Below, piece by piece: positions 25,918-34,580 of a DNA stretch of 38,491 nucleotides. The stretch is from an uncultured Acidobacteriaceae bacterium. Lineage in GTDB: Bacteria; Acidobacteriota; Terriglobia; Terriglobales; Acidobacteriaceae. The notes beneath the pieces were generated by a model that was given only the letters and a program-made list of their open reading frames with translations, was not told where the DNA came from and did not search any database. Position 1 is the stretch's first letter, and every line of letters starts with the position of its first letter. The stretch covers positions 1 through 38,491 of the forward strand of contig CAXTRU010000001.1 in NCBI GenBank assembly GCA_964246665.1, in the 5' to 3' direction. Both the position numbers and the translations under genes were made by a program.

Positions 25918-26302
25918 AGCACCTTCCGGCGCCCGTGGCCACCGTTGCATCTTGACGCATGCCGCGGCTGAAGCGGCTTTGCCGGGGCTGATCGGCATGG
26001 CAATCGACTTCAAAGATGGATGGGATGGCCACAACGCACGCCAAAAGATCGGTGTGATCACGTTGGCCAAGCTGAATCATCACGCAATCGACGTCAGAGG
26101 CTTCCTGTACGTGCGCGATTTCCCTGAGGTTCGGGAGGCATTTCGCACCAAGGATCTCGGGATGAGCTATGAAATTGCCGATGCGCACGTGGCGGACATG
26201 CGTTCAGCAATCTGGACGCTGACCCGGGCCACGTTCACAGGCGCGGCGGTGCTTCTCCGCGAGAAGGCTGCGTATCGCGACACCTTCTTCAAGGCTGAGT
26301 AG
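25811..26302 (+). CDS. Prohead-protease (assemblin)-fold-like protein
   Basis: AGGAG then TTG 25811; LIGMAID..DGHN...IGVI, LGMSYE, FTGAAVL..KAAY. Confidence 0.6.
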   Translation: MPAVTTIKASMPTVSEHPNRLQFRGRLTLVDRPSDKAPSGARGHRCILTHAAAEAALPGLIGMAIDFKDGWDGHNARQKIGVITLAKLNHHAIDVRGFLYVRDFPEVREAFRTKDLGMSYEIADAHVADMRSAIWTLTRATFTGAAVLLREKAAYRDTFFKAE

Positions 26303-26349
26303 CGTGCTGCTGCCCTAGCCGTTGCCCCCTAACCAATCAGGAGACAGTT

Positions 26350-26817
26350 ATGCCCACCGATACCAACACCAGCGTTTCCGACTTCGACAAGATCGAAAAG
26401 GGTATCTGCACCTTTTTCGGTGCATTCAAATCGGAGGTAGGCAAGCTGTTCAAGCACGCGCCCGCGTGGGACGCCGCCGCGATTTCCACGATCACCTACG
26501 TCGCACCACTGGTCGAGACGGCCGTCGCCCTGGCCGATCCCGCCGCCGCCCCGGCCGTCGCGTCGATCGTCACCAAGGTCGAGAGCGCGCTGACCTCCGC
26601 CCAAGTGGTGCTGAAGGCCGGCCAAACGTCCTCTCCCTCGCTGATCACGTATCTGCAGGCCGTAAACGACAACATCGACCAGGTAGAAGCGGCCGCGCAG
26701 ATCAAAGACCCCGCCACCGCGGCGAAGCTCACCGCGATCGTCGGGACCATCACGGCCGAGATCTCTGCCATCATCGGCGAGATCCAGGCGGCAAAGCAGG
26801 TCGGACCGCAGAGCTGA
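26350..26817 (+). CDS. Ala-rich helical hypothetical protein
   Basis: AGGAG RBS, GC3-rich codons, TGATG overlap with HNH gene. Confidence 0.75.
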   Translation: MPTDTNTSVSDFDKIEKGICTFFGAFKSEVGKLFKHAPAWDAAAISTITYVAPLVETAVALADPAAAPAVASIVTKVESALTSAQVVLKAGQTSSPSLITYLQAVNDNIDQVEAAAQIKDPATAAKLTAIVGTITAEISAIIGEIQAAKQVGPQS

Positions 26818-27194
26818 TGCCCAACCGGGCGGCTCGACCGTGCAAGCATGGCGGCTGTCCGTCAAAAGCGACGGACGGTCGCTTCTGCGATCGGCATGCG
26901 GCCATCCCCGAGGTCGTGCGGCCGTATGACCGCTGGCGGGGTAGCTCACACTTGCGCGGCTATGACGCGGACTGGGGCAAAGTCCGGGCGTTCGTCCTGG
27001 AACGCGACCACCATCTTTGCCAGCATTGCCTGCGGAAAGAGATCCTCACGCCGGCTCGCGAGGTCGACCACATCGTGCCGATCGCCCAGGGCGGGGCGCG
27101 TCTCGACCCGGACAACTGTCAATCGCTGTGCAAGCCGTGCCATAGCCGCAAAACGGCGACGGAAGACTCCAGCTTCGCCCGGAAGCGCACCTAA
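26817..27194 (+). CDS. HNH endonuclease (terminase-associated, HK97 gp74-like)
   Basis: RGYDADW..R...LERDHHLCQHC...VDHIVP...NCQSLCKPCHSRKT. Confidence 0.93.
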   Translation: MPNRAARPCKHGGCPSKATDGRFCDRHAAIPEVVRPYDRWRGSSHLRGYDADWGKVRAFVLERDHHLCQHCLRKEILTPAREVDHIVPIAQGGARLDPDNCQSLCKPCHSRKTATEDSSFARKRT

Positions 27195-27403
27195 ATCGGC
27201 ATCATCAACAGCCGGGACGAGCGCCGGTGTTTATCGCAAAAGCGGTGAATGCACCCGGGCCGCAGAGCGCGGTGCGTGGGCATGCAAGGGTCTGGTGCGA
27301 TCTCTTCAAAGTCGCGCACCAGGTAGGTAGCCTGTGCCGGACACAGTTCGCAGATGCCGATCAGGTGTTGGAGCGCGGCAGGAACATAACCGGCGTGGGC
27401 CAT
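27191..27403 (-). CDS. Possible small Zn-finger protein
   Basis: CELC...FCDKH; fills the gap between HNH and the SGNH gene. Confidence 0.4.
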   Translation of the reverse strand: MAHAGYVPAALQHLIGICELCPAQATYLVRDFEEIAPDPCMPTHRALRPGCIHRFCDKHRRSSRLLMMPI

Positions 27404-27434
27404 GGGCCCATTCTACGCCGATGAGGGGAATGGT

Positions 27435-29456
27435 TTGAGAACGGTCACGCGCCTCCTGGGTATGCGTGTTTCGCTGCTGGGGCCGGGCGCCAGCGTCGCA
27501 GCGCAGCATGAGATCAACATCGGCGGTCCAACCTATGCCCTCGGCTCGGTTAGCGGCACCGGTGTCATGCCCGGTTCGCTTGTGTTTGCGAACGGAGCGC
27601 CTGCGCCCTCCAATTACACCTTGAACTGGACCGTGGACGGCGCGGCCCCGACCGCCTGCATGCTACAGGGTGAAACCAGCCCTGACAATCAGCACTGGAC
27701 TGCCGTAACTTCGGCGCAGCCCTGCACGGCCACAGGAACCGTCGCGGTCAACGGCCAGCCCGCGCAGTACTTCCACATCAAGATCACAGCCTACACGGCT
27801 GCGGCCGGCACTACGGTGAAGGCCTTCTACACGCGCGGGGACAATCTCGCTGGGGGCGGTACGGTGGACAACACCGCGCGTACCGCCGCGGCCGCGGCCC
27901 AGACGGCTGCCAGCAACGCTGCGCAGGGCGTAGCCACCATCTACGCCAACGGCCTCATCGGGCAATACCCGCTGATCGGCGGCAGCGGGACCACCGAGTT
28001 CGACATCTCCGGCGCCGCCAACAACGCCAACTGGACCGGCACGCCGACGCGCTACGCCCAGGGCATCACGACCAGCACGAACGCCAGCGGCCAAAACAAC
28101 GGGCAGCTGCACTTCCCGCTGGCCATCACGCAGCAGGCCGCCACGCTGGTCTGGGTCTTCGACTACTGGCCGGACCTGTCCTCGCAGGCCGGAGCCACGG
28201 GCGGCGTCTTCCAGATCGCCCCGCTGATCGACAATGACTCCGGCACACAGTTCTACGCGTCGACCTATCCGCTGCTGTGGGGCTACTCGCACCAGACCAA
28301 CGCCGGCGCCTCCGGCAATGATTCGGCGATGCAGTCCTGGTACAACCAAGCCACTCAGACGCTGACCTATGAATCCATCGCCGGCTACAGCGCCTGCGTT
28401 GCCTGGACGCTGCCCACGGCCTCCGATCACGACCACCTCTACATCGACGGCCGCGAAACCGCCTACCAGGCCACCGGCGCCTCAGTCGCGCTGAACCGCA
28501 CGGCGACACTCAACATTGGCGGCGATGCTCTGAACGGCTACATCCCCACCAACTGGCAGTATTTCCTTGCCTACGGGACACCGCTTACGCAGGCGCAGGT
28601 CTCCCAGGACTGCGCGGCGATGAAGGCCATTGTGGCCGCCCGCGGCGGCACGCCGAGTGTGGGTGCGCCGACGACGGAGCCGCAGTTCCTGGCGATCGGC
28701 AACAGCCTCACCGCGGGCACCGGATCCAGCAACGGCAACGGCGCTCTGCAGCCGTACACGTACTACATGACGCCGGCGCTCAACGGCAAGATCCGCAACT
28801 TCGGCATCGTCTCTCGGACGACCGAGCAGTTGATCGCCGACGTTCCCTACAAAATCGCGCCGCTGCTCGAGCACAGCATCGGGGCGGGCCAAAACGTGTG
28901 CTCCATCTGGGAGGGCACGAACTCCATGATGGCCACGGCGGCGGGCGGCTCCGGCGATACGCCCGCGCAGGCCTACGCGATGTTCCGCAACCTGGCTTCG
29001 AGCCTTCGGCGCGCGGGCTGCGACAAGATCATCGGCGTCTCAGCGATCTCGCGCGTCGGCATCGACAGCAACATCACGGCCTACAACCAACTTTTGCGGG
29101 CTGGCTGGCACGGGTTTCTGGATGAGTTCTACGACGCGGGCAACGACCCGAGCGGCGCGTTTGCTCCCGGTGCGTACAGCAGCACGACGTACTACATCGC
29201 CGACCAAACGCACCTCACCAACGCCGGCTACGCCGTCATCGGCGCGGGGGTGCAGGCCGCGTACAACCGGCTGCTGAACGCCAGCGGAGCGGCTGCCCAG
29301 ACCACCGTGCAGCTAATGCCTACGAGCGCGCAGACCTGTAGCGCCAATCTCGCCGGCCAGTTCCAATACAGCCACGGGAATGCGACCACCAAGGACAGCG
29401 TGCAAGTCTGTGCCCAGGACGCCTCGGGCACTTGGGCTTGGCGAACGATCTTTTAG
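27435..29456 (+). CDS. Large multidomain protein: signal-like N-terminus, beta-rich/LamG-like domain, SGNH/GDSL hydrolase
   Basis: GAGGGG then TTG 27435; LYIDG..LNIGG...LTQAQV (LamG-like); FLAIGNSLTAG, NFG, EGTNS, DQTHL (SGNH blocks). Confidence 0.8.
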   Translation: MRTVTRLLGMRVSLLGPGASVAAQHEINIGGPTYALGSVSGTGVMPGSLVFANGAPAPSNYTLNWTVDGAAPTACMLQGETSPDNQHWTAVTSAQPCTATGTVAVNGQPAQYFHIKITAYTAAAGTTVKAFYTRGDNLAGGGTVDNTARTAAAAAQTAASNAAQGVATIYANGLIGQYPLIGGSGTTEFDISGAANNANWTGTPTRYAQGITTSTNASGQNNGQLHFPLAITQQAATLVWVFDYWPDLSSQAGATGGVFQIAPLIDNDSGTQFYASTYPLLWGYSHQTNAGASGNDSAMQSWYNQATQTLTYESIAGYSACVAWTLPTASDHDHLYIDGRETAYQATGASVALNRTATLNIGGDALNGYIPTNWQYFLAYGTPLTQAQVSQDCAAMKAIVAARGGTPSVGAPTTEPQFLAIGNSLTAGTGSSNGNGALQPYTYYMTPALNGKIRNFGIVSRTTEQLIADVPYKIAPLLEHSIGAGQNVCSIWEGTNSMMATAAGGSGDTPAQAYAMFRNLASSLRRAGCDKIIGVSAISRVGIDSNITAYNQLLRAGWHGFLDEFYDAGNDPSGAFAPGAYSSTTYYIADQTHLTNAGYAVIGAGVQAAYNRLLNASGAAAQTTVQLMPTSAQTCSANLAGQFQYSHGNATTKDSVQVCAQDASGTWAWRTIF

Positions 29457-29552
29457 CGGCCGGCTCTCGCTGACCTGCACAACAAGAGTGGCTGTGGTTG
29501 AGGCTCAGGGCGCCGGGGCGTCACCACAGCCACGGGCGAGAAAAGGAGAGCG

Positions 29553-29960
29553 ATGCCGCGTCACCGTACCCCGCTGCCGATGGCTGAGGCCTCCGGCGCG
29601 ATCGAGCATAATCCCAAGCGCTTTGCCGATCGCCTGAATGCGCCCACGGTCGACGATCCGATCGGCGAGCCGCCCAACCACTTCGACGACATCAGCCGCG
29701 ACCTTTGGCGCGAGATCGTTGCCATGCCCGCACCCGGCGTGCTGACTTCCCAGGACCGCGTCCTGGTCGAGGTCGCTGTTCGTTTGCTGCGCAAGCTTCG
29801 GCGAGGCCAGCGCGAAGATGGCGCTATCACCGGCGTAGAGGTGGGCCACCTGCGCGCCTGCCTGGGCAGCATGGGATGCACGCCCGCCGATCGCAGCAAA
29901 GTGACCCCCTCGGATGAGCCGCAAGAAAAAGAAGACGAGCTCGCCGGCTTCCTGCAGTGA
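29553..29960 (+). CDS. terS: Terminase small subunit (P27-like)
   Basis: AAGGAG RBS; PP.HFD.....WREI, D...VEVAV, LGSMGCTPADRSKV. Confidence 0.85.
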   Translation: MPRHRTPLPMAEASGAIEHNPKRFADRLNAPTVDDPIGEPPNHFDDISRDLWREIVAMPAPGVLTSQDRVLVEVAVRLLRKLRRGQREDGAITGVEVGHLRACLGSMGCTPADRSKVTPSDEPQEKEDELAGFLQ

Positions 29961-31815
29961 TAGCCATTCTGAGCCAATTGCTGAGCCAATTAAGCCACAG
30001 GTAGCACCGCCCGACCCCTCGCAGCTGGACCGCCTCCCGCTCTCTGTAGGCGCAACCCAACAGGATCCACAGCGCGGAGTACTCGGCCGGCAGATTGCCC
30101 TTGGGCACCAGGTCACCGAGTACGCCCGCAAAATCGTCGCGGGCGAGATCCTCGCCGGCATGTGGGTGCGCCTGGCTTGCCAGCGTCACCTGAAAGACCT
30201 CGAGCGGTCCGCGGCCGAAGATCCCAAGTTTCCGTACCGCTTCGATCCGGAGAAGGCTGGCCGGGCGCTGTACTGGCTCGAGCTGATGCCCCACGTCGAG
30301 GGCGAGTGGGCAACACCCACCCTGCGCCTTGAGCTCTGGCAGAAATTCACCTTTGGCGCGCCGTTCGGCTGGGTTCACAAGACAACCGGCCTGCGGCGGT
30401 TCCGGAAGATCTACGTCTCGGTCGGCCGCAAGAACGGCAAGACCGCAGTACTCGCCGGCATTGGCTGGTACGGCCTGCTCTGCGACGGCGAGATCGGTCC
30501 GCAGGTCTATAACGGCGCTAACAAGCTCGAGCAGGCGATGATCCTGTTCGACGCCGCTAAAGCCATGCTGGCTAAGCGGCCCGAGCTCTTCGGCCGCTTC
30601 GGTGTCCAGCAGCGCGGCGAAAAGCGCCTCTGGGTGCCGAAGACGAACGGCCGCTGGCGTCCGATCAGCAAGACGCCGGGCGATGGCGGCGGCGCAAGCT
30701 TCTTCATCCAGGACGAGTTTCACGAAGCGCCGAACTCGCGCATGACGGACGCCATGGTCACCGGCCAGGGCGCCCGCCGGCAACCGATGGCCTGGTTCAT
30801 CACCACGGCCGGCTTCAACATAGGCGGTCCGTGCCACTCGTACGAGCTGCAGATCCAGAAGATCCTCGAGGGCACAGTTACCCTCGAGACAACCTTCGGC
30901 ATCATCTTCTCGCCGGACCTGAAAAAGTACACCGACCCGTTCGGCAATGAGTGCGAGCCGGACGACTGGACCAGCCAGACCGCGGCTCGGAAGGCCAACC
31001 CGAACTGGAGCGTGTCGGTTCTCGAGGATGCGTTCTTCGCCGAACTGAACGAGGCGATCGCCGACCCGGCGCAGCAGGTAGCGTTCAAGACCAAGCGCCT
31101 GAACATCTGGTGCAATGCCGCCGACGGCTACTACAACATGCAGGACTGGGCCGCATGCGCGGATCCAACCCTGAAGCTTGAAGACTTCGCCGGCCAGGAG
31201 TGCGTTGACGGCCTCGATCTCGGCAACAAGCTGGACATCTGTGCCGACGTGCCCGTGTTCAAGCGCGTGATCGACGGCCAGGATCACTACTATGCGTTCC
31301 TGCGCGCCTGGTTGCCCTCGGCCGTGGCGCACCGCAAGGAAAACACGCACTACCAGGCGTGGGCTCTCAGCGGTCATCTGGTCATCACCGAAGGCGACAT
31401 CACCGACTACCGCCGGATCAAGAAAGACCTTGTGGATGCGGCCGGTGATTTCGTCATCCGGGAACTGGCCTTCGATCAACGCGAATCCGCACTGCTGACG
31501 CAGGACTTCGCCGATGAGACGGGCGTGCCGCTGTTTGAAGTGCCGCAGAACGTCACCGTGCTGTCCGAGCCGATGAAGTGGCTGAAGAGCCTGACGGTGT
31601 CGCGGCACTTCCACCATGACGGCAATCCGCTGTTCGGCTGGGCCATTTCGAATGTCGTCGCCAAAGAAGACGCCAACGAGAACGTGTTTCCACGCAAGGC
31701 GAAGGCTGAACTAAAGATCGATCCGCACTCCGCGCTCCTGAACGCGATGGTGCGGGTGCGCGACGTGCTATCTACGCCGGCGGGCAGTGACTTTGCAGGG
31801 GAAGTTTGGAGCTGA
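29914..31815 (+). CDS. terL: Terminase large subunit (Terminase_1)
   Basis: LACQRHL, GRKNGKT, IQDEFH, ITTAG, GLDLG, KIDP; exact start uncertain. Confidence 0.96.
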   Translation: MSRKKKKTSSPASCSDSHSEPIAEPIKPQVAPPDPSQLDRLPLSVGATQQDPQRGVLGRQIALGHQVTEYARKIVAGEILAGMWVRLACQRHLKDLERSAAEDPKFPYRFDPEKAGRALYWLELMPHVEGEWATPTLRLELWQKFTFGAPFGWVHKTTGLRRFRKIYVSVGRKNGKTAVLAGIGWYGLLCDGEIGPQVYNGANKLEQAMILFDAAKAMLAKRPELFGRFGVQQRGEKRLWVPKTNGRWRPISKTPGDGGGASFFIQDEFHEAPNSRMTDAMVTGQGARRQPMAWFITTAGFNIGGPCHSYELQIQKILEGTVTLETTFGIIFSPDLKKYTDPFGNECEPDDWTSQTAARKANPNWSVSVLEDAFFAELNEAIADPAQQVAFKTKRLNIWCNAADGYYNMQDWAACADPTLKLEDFAGQECVDGLDLGNKLDICADVPVFKRVIDGQDHYYAFLRAWLPSAVAHRKENTHYQAWALSGHLVITEGDITDYRRIKKDLVDAAGDFVIRELAFDQRESALLTQDFADETGVPLFEVPQNVTVLSEPMKWLKSLTVSRHFHHDGNPLFGWAISNVVAKEDANENVFPRKAKAELKIDPHSALLNAMVRVRDVLSTPAGSDFAGEVWS

Positions 31816-31816
31816 G

Positions 31817-33553
31817 ATGAGCTTGCGTTCGCGTGTTGCTGCAGCCTTTCGTGGCAACCCGCTGGAAAACCCGGCCGTGCCGCTCGGCGCCGCGGCCTGG
31901 ATGTACGAGCTCTTCGGCGGCGGGCCATCCTCGTCCGGCGTGGCCGTGAATGAACACACGGCGCTGCAGTGCGAGTCGGTGTATGCCTGCGTCAACGTGC
32001 TGTCTTCGGACATGAGCAGCCTGCCGCTGAAGGTCTACCAGGAGACGGATAAGGGCCGCGTGCCTGCAACCGATCACGACCTGTACTACCTGCTCACCGT
32101 TGAACCCAACCCGGAGATGACCGCGCCCGTTTTCCTCGGTGCCTGGATCGGCTCCGCCGTCCTGAACAACAACGGCTATGCGGAGATCCAGCGCGACGGC
32201 GTCAAGCCGATCGCGTTGTGGCCTCGCGACCCCCGCTTTGTGAAGATGAAGCGCGCGGCCGGCGGCGAAGCGATTGGCAAGGACCTGCGCGCCGCTCCCG
32301 GGGAGCTGCTCTACGAGTGCACCGACACCGGGACGCCGCGGTACGTCCAGTCGGCCAACATGCTGCACCTGGTCGGCTTCAGCCGTGATGGCTGGATCGG
32401 CCATAGCCCGCTCCACTCCGGCAGACAGACCATCGGCGCCGCGATGGCGGCCATGAAGTTCATCGGGGGATTCTTCGGCCGGGGCAGCCGCCCAAGCGGC
32501 ATCCTGACGATGAAGGACCCGACCATGAAGGCCGGGGATCCGCGGCTGGACATCGCTCGCAAGAGCTGGGAAGCGGCCAACGGTGGAGACAACCAGGGCC
32601 GCACGGCCGTGCTGCCCGGCGACTGGAGCTGGACCGCGATCGGCATTTCGCCGGAGCAGATGCAGTTCCTGCAGATCGGGCAGTTCACCCGGTCGCAGAT
32701 CGCCGGCATCTTCCGCGTACCGCCGCACATGATCGGCGACACATCGCGGTTGTCGAACGGCAACCATGAGTCAGTCGCCCAGGAATACGTGACCTTCACC
32801 CTGCGGCCGTGGCTGGCGCGGATCGAGGCCGAGGTGCAGCGCAAGCTGATGCCGCGGCGCGGTCCTACGGCCGGCAAGCTCAGCGTGGCTTTTGACTACA
32901 CGGACCTGATCAAGGGTGATTTCGCCTCGCAGATGAACGGCTACGCCGTCGGCAAGCAGTGGGGCTTCTACAACACCAACGAGATCAAGCAGAAGCTCGG
33001 CGAAAACCCGATCGGCCCCGAAGGCGACATCTACTACGTGCCGCTGAACATGGTGCCCATGGGGCAGGAGTCAGAGCCGGAGGGCGGCAATGGAAATCAG
33101 GGCGGTGACGGACCCAACGGCGGCTCGCAAAGCGATGGACAGAATGCTGGAGATGGGACTGGCGATGGCGCTCAGCCTGCCGGTAACGGCGGGCGCAACC
33201 AGATGCGGCTCCTCGAGCGCATGGGAGAGGCCTACGGTGCTCTCTTCCGCGACGCCTGTGGGCGCCTGCAATCCCGTTCCAAGCGCGACGCCGAATCGGT
33301 AGCCCAGGTGATGGGTCCGGTGCTCGATGCGATCTCGGCCGAAGCGACGCGCCAGGCGCGATCGATGTTCCGGGTAGCCGACGGAGCCGACCTCGGCCAG
33401 GAGAAGATCCTGCGCGACTGTCGTGCAGCCATCCTGAAGCGATCGGCGGATTGGAAGCCGGAAGAGTACGACGCCGAGCTGCAGCGCACCTTGCGTGCGA
33501 TCACGCTTGGCATCTTCCGCGAAGCCGGCAGCCAGATGGCGATCGCGGCCTAA
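31817..33553 (+). CDS. Portal protein, HK97 family, with C-terminal extension
   Basis: VYACVNVLS..SLPL, PNPEMT, GHSPL, IAGIFRVPPHMIG, TLRPWLARIE, YYVPLNM. Confidence 0.95.
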   Translation: MSLRSRVAAAFRGNPLENPAVPLGAAAWMYELFGGGPSSSGVAVNEHTALQCESVYACVNVLSSDMSSLPLKVYQETDKGRVPATDHDLYYLLTVEPNPEMTAPVFLGAWIGSAVLNNNGYAEIQRDGVKPIALWPRDPRFVKMKRAAGGEAIGKDLRAAPGELLYECTDTGTPRYVQSANMLHLVGFSRDGWIGHSPLHSGRQTIGAAMAAMKFIGGFFGRGSRPSGILTMKDPTMKAGDPRLDIARKSWEAANGGDNQGRTAVLPGDWSWTAIGISPEQMQFLQIGQFTRSQIAGIFRVPPHMIGDTSRLSNGNHESVAQEYVTFTLRPWLARIEAEVQRKLMPRRGPTAGKLSVAFDYTDLIKGDFASQMNGYAVGKQWGFYNTNEIKQKLGENPIGPEGDIYYVPLNMVPMGQESEPEGGNGNQGGDGPNGGSQSDGQNAGDGTGDGAQPAGNGGRNQMRLLERMGEAYGALFRDACGRLQSRSKRDAESVAQVMGPVLDAISAEATRQARSMFRVADGADLGQEKILRDCRAAILKRSADWKPEEYDAELQRTLRAITLGIFREAGSQMAIAA

Positions 33554-33557
33554 GTTT

Positions 33558-33632
33558 TGGGGAGTAGCTCAGCGGTAGAGCGTCCGGCTGTTAACCGGAT
33601 GGTCGGGGGTTCGAATCCCTCCTCCTCAGCCA
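33558..33632 (+). tRNA. tRNA-Asn (GTT), intact, with encoded CCA
   Basis: TGGGGAG-TA-GCTC-AGCGGTA-GAGC-G-TCCGG-CTGTTAA-CCGGA-TGGTC-GGGGG-TTCGAAT-CCCTC-CTCCTCA-G-CCA; all stems pair. Confidence 0.96.
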
Positions 33633-33646
33633 GTTTCGGAGCATAC

Positions 33647-33796
33647 GTGCGCAAACCAAAGATCAAGATTGTCGCCAACAGATCGGCCACACGCCCATGG
33701 GTGTTTTTGGTGAAGTGGCCCGGGAACCATTGGAAAAACAGCCAATGGTTCTCGTTCGAAGAAGCCCTCATCGCCGCTGGCGTGAAGAAAGCGTAG
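33647..33796 (+). CDS. Small basic hypothetical protein (49 aa)
   Basis: GGAG then GTG 33647; ends 6 nt before the protease start. Confidence 0.5.
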   Translation: MRKPKIKIVANRSATRPWVFLVKWPGNHWKNSQWFSFEEALIAAGVKKA

Positions 33797-33802
33797 ACAA
33801 CC

Positions 33803-34438
33803 ATGAAGGCTGAACGCCGTTACATCCGCACCGAAGTGCGCGCCGTTGGCGACGGCAACTCGCCCAAGATCGCCGGGCATGCCGCCCTGTTCAACGTTCG
33901 ATCCCAAGACCTGGGCGGGTTTGTCGAGATCATCGCGCCTGGGGCCTTCGACGCATGCCTGGCCACGAATCCGGACATCCTGGGCCTGTTCAATCACGAC
34001 ATGGACGCGATTCCGCTCGGCCGCACGACCAGCGGGACCTGCCGCGTGTTTGTCGATAGCCTCGGCCTGGCATATGAGATCGACCCTCCGGACACCCAGC
34101 TCGCCCGGGACCTGATCGTCAGCCTGCGCCGGAAGGATGTCACCGGCAGCAGCTTCGGCTTCTACTGCCTGAACGACGATTGGGTGTTCACTCCGGAAGG
34201 CGACTTGATCCGCACTGTGCTCGAGGCGGAGATCTTCGACGTGTCGCCGGTGACGAACCCCGCCTATCTCCAGACAGATTCCGGCGTGCGCAGTCTGCGC
34301 GGCCTGATGCCGCAGAACGATGAAGCTTTGCGCGCCATGGCGGCGGAAAAGCGAGCCGCGCTGACGGCCGCGCCGGTTGCAGTTTCGCAGGATGAGCACT
34401 GGCGCCTGCGCATGATGTTGCAACTCGCCCAGCTCTAA
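33803..34438 (+). CDS. Prohead maturation protease, HK97 family
   Basis: IAGHAALFN, FVEIIAPGAF, LFNHD, LGRT, GSSFGF, DVSPVTNPAY. Confidence 0.95.
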   Translation: MKAERRYIRTEVRAVGDGNSPKIAGHAALFNVRSQDLGGFVEIIAPGAFDACLATNPDILGLFNHDMDAIPLGRTTSGTCRVFVDSLGLAYEIDPPDTQLARDLIVSLRRKDVTGSSFGFYCLNDDWVFTPEGDLIRTVLEAEIFDVSPVTNPAYLQTDSGVRSLRGLMPQNDEALRAMAAEKRAALTAAPVAVSQDEHWRLRMMLQLAQL

Positions 34439-34580
34439 GCGGGCGTCACCCCACAACCGCGCAGGACCCTCGCCCGCATGGGCTGCCTTCGATGGCGTGG
34501 GGACGTCGTGCGATTCGCCGAAGACACCGCCTGCCGCGGTGCGCTGTCGTGCGCCCCCACACACAAAGGAAACCAGCACC

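Noticed and set aside
26322-26816. Long N-terminal extension of the HNH ORF
   Set aside because: Overlaps the gene at 26350-26817; HNH starts at the coupled ATG 26817
29969-29991. Tandem CTGAGCCAATT duplication near the terL start
   Set aside because: Two copies 12 bp apart, in frame (EPI-A-EPI) in a variable N-terminus; probably slippage
29827-31617. 596-aa minus-strand ORF and similar long antisense ORFs over portal and capsid
   Set aside because: Antisense to well-supported genes; artefact of GC3 bias
33557-33646. N-terminal part of the 79-aa ORF (MGSSSAVERPAVNRMVGGSNP)
   Set aside because: This is the translated tRNA-Asn; the plausible start is GTG 33647
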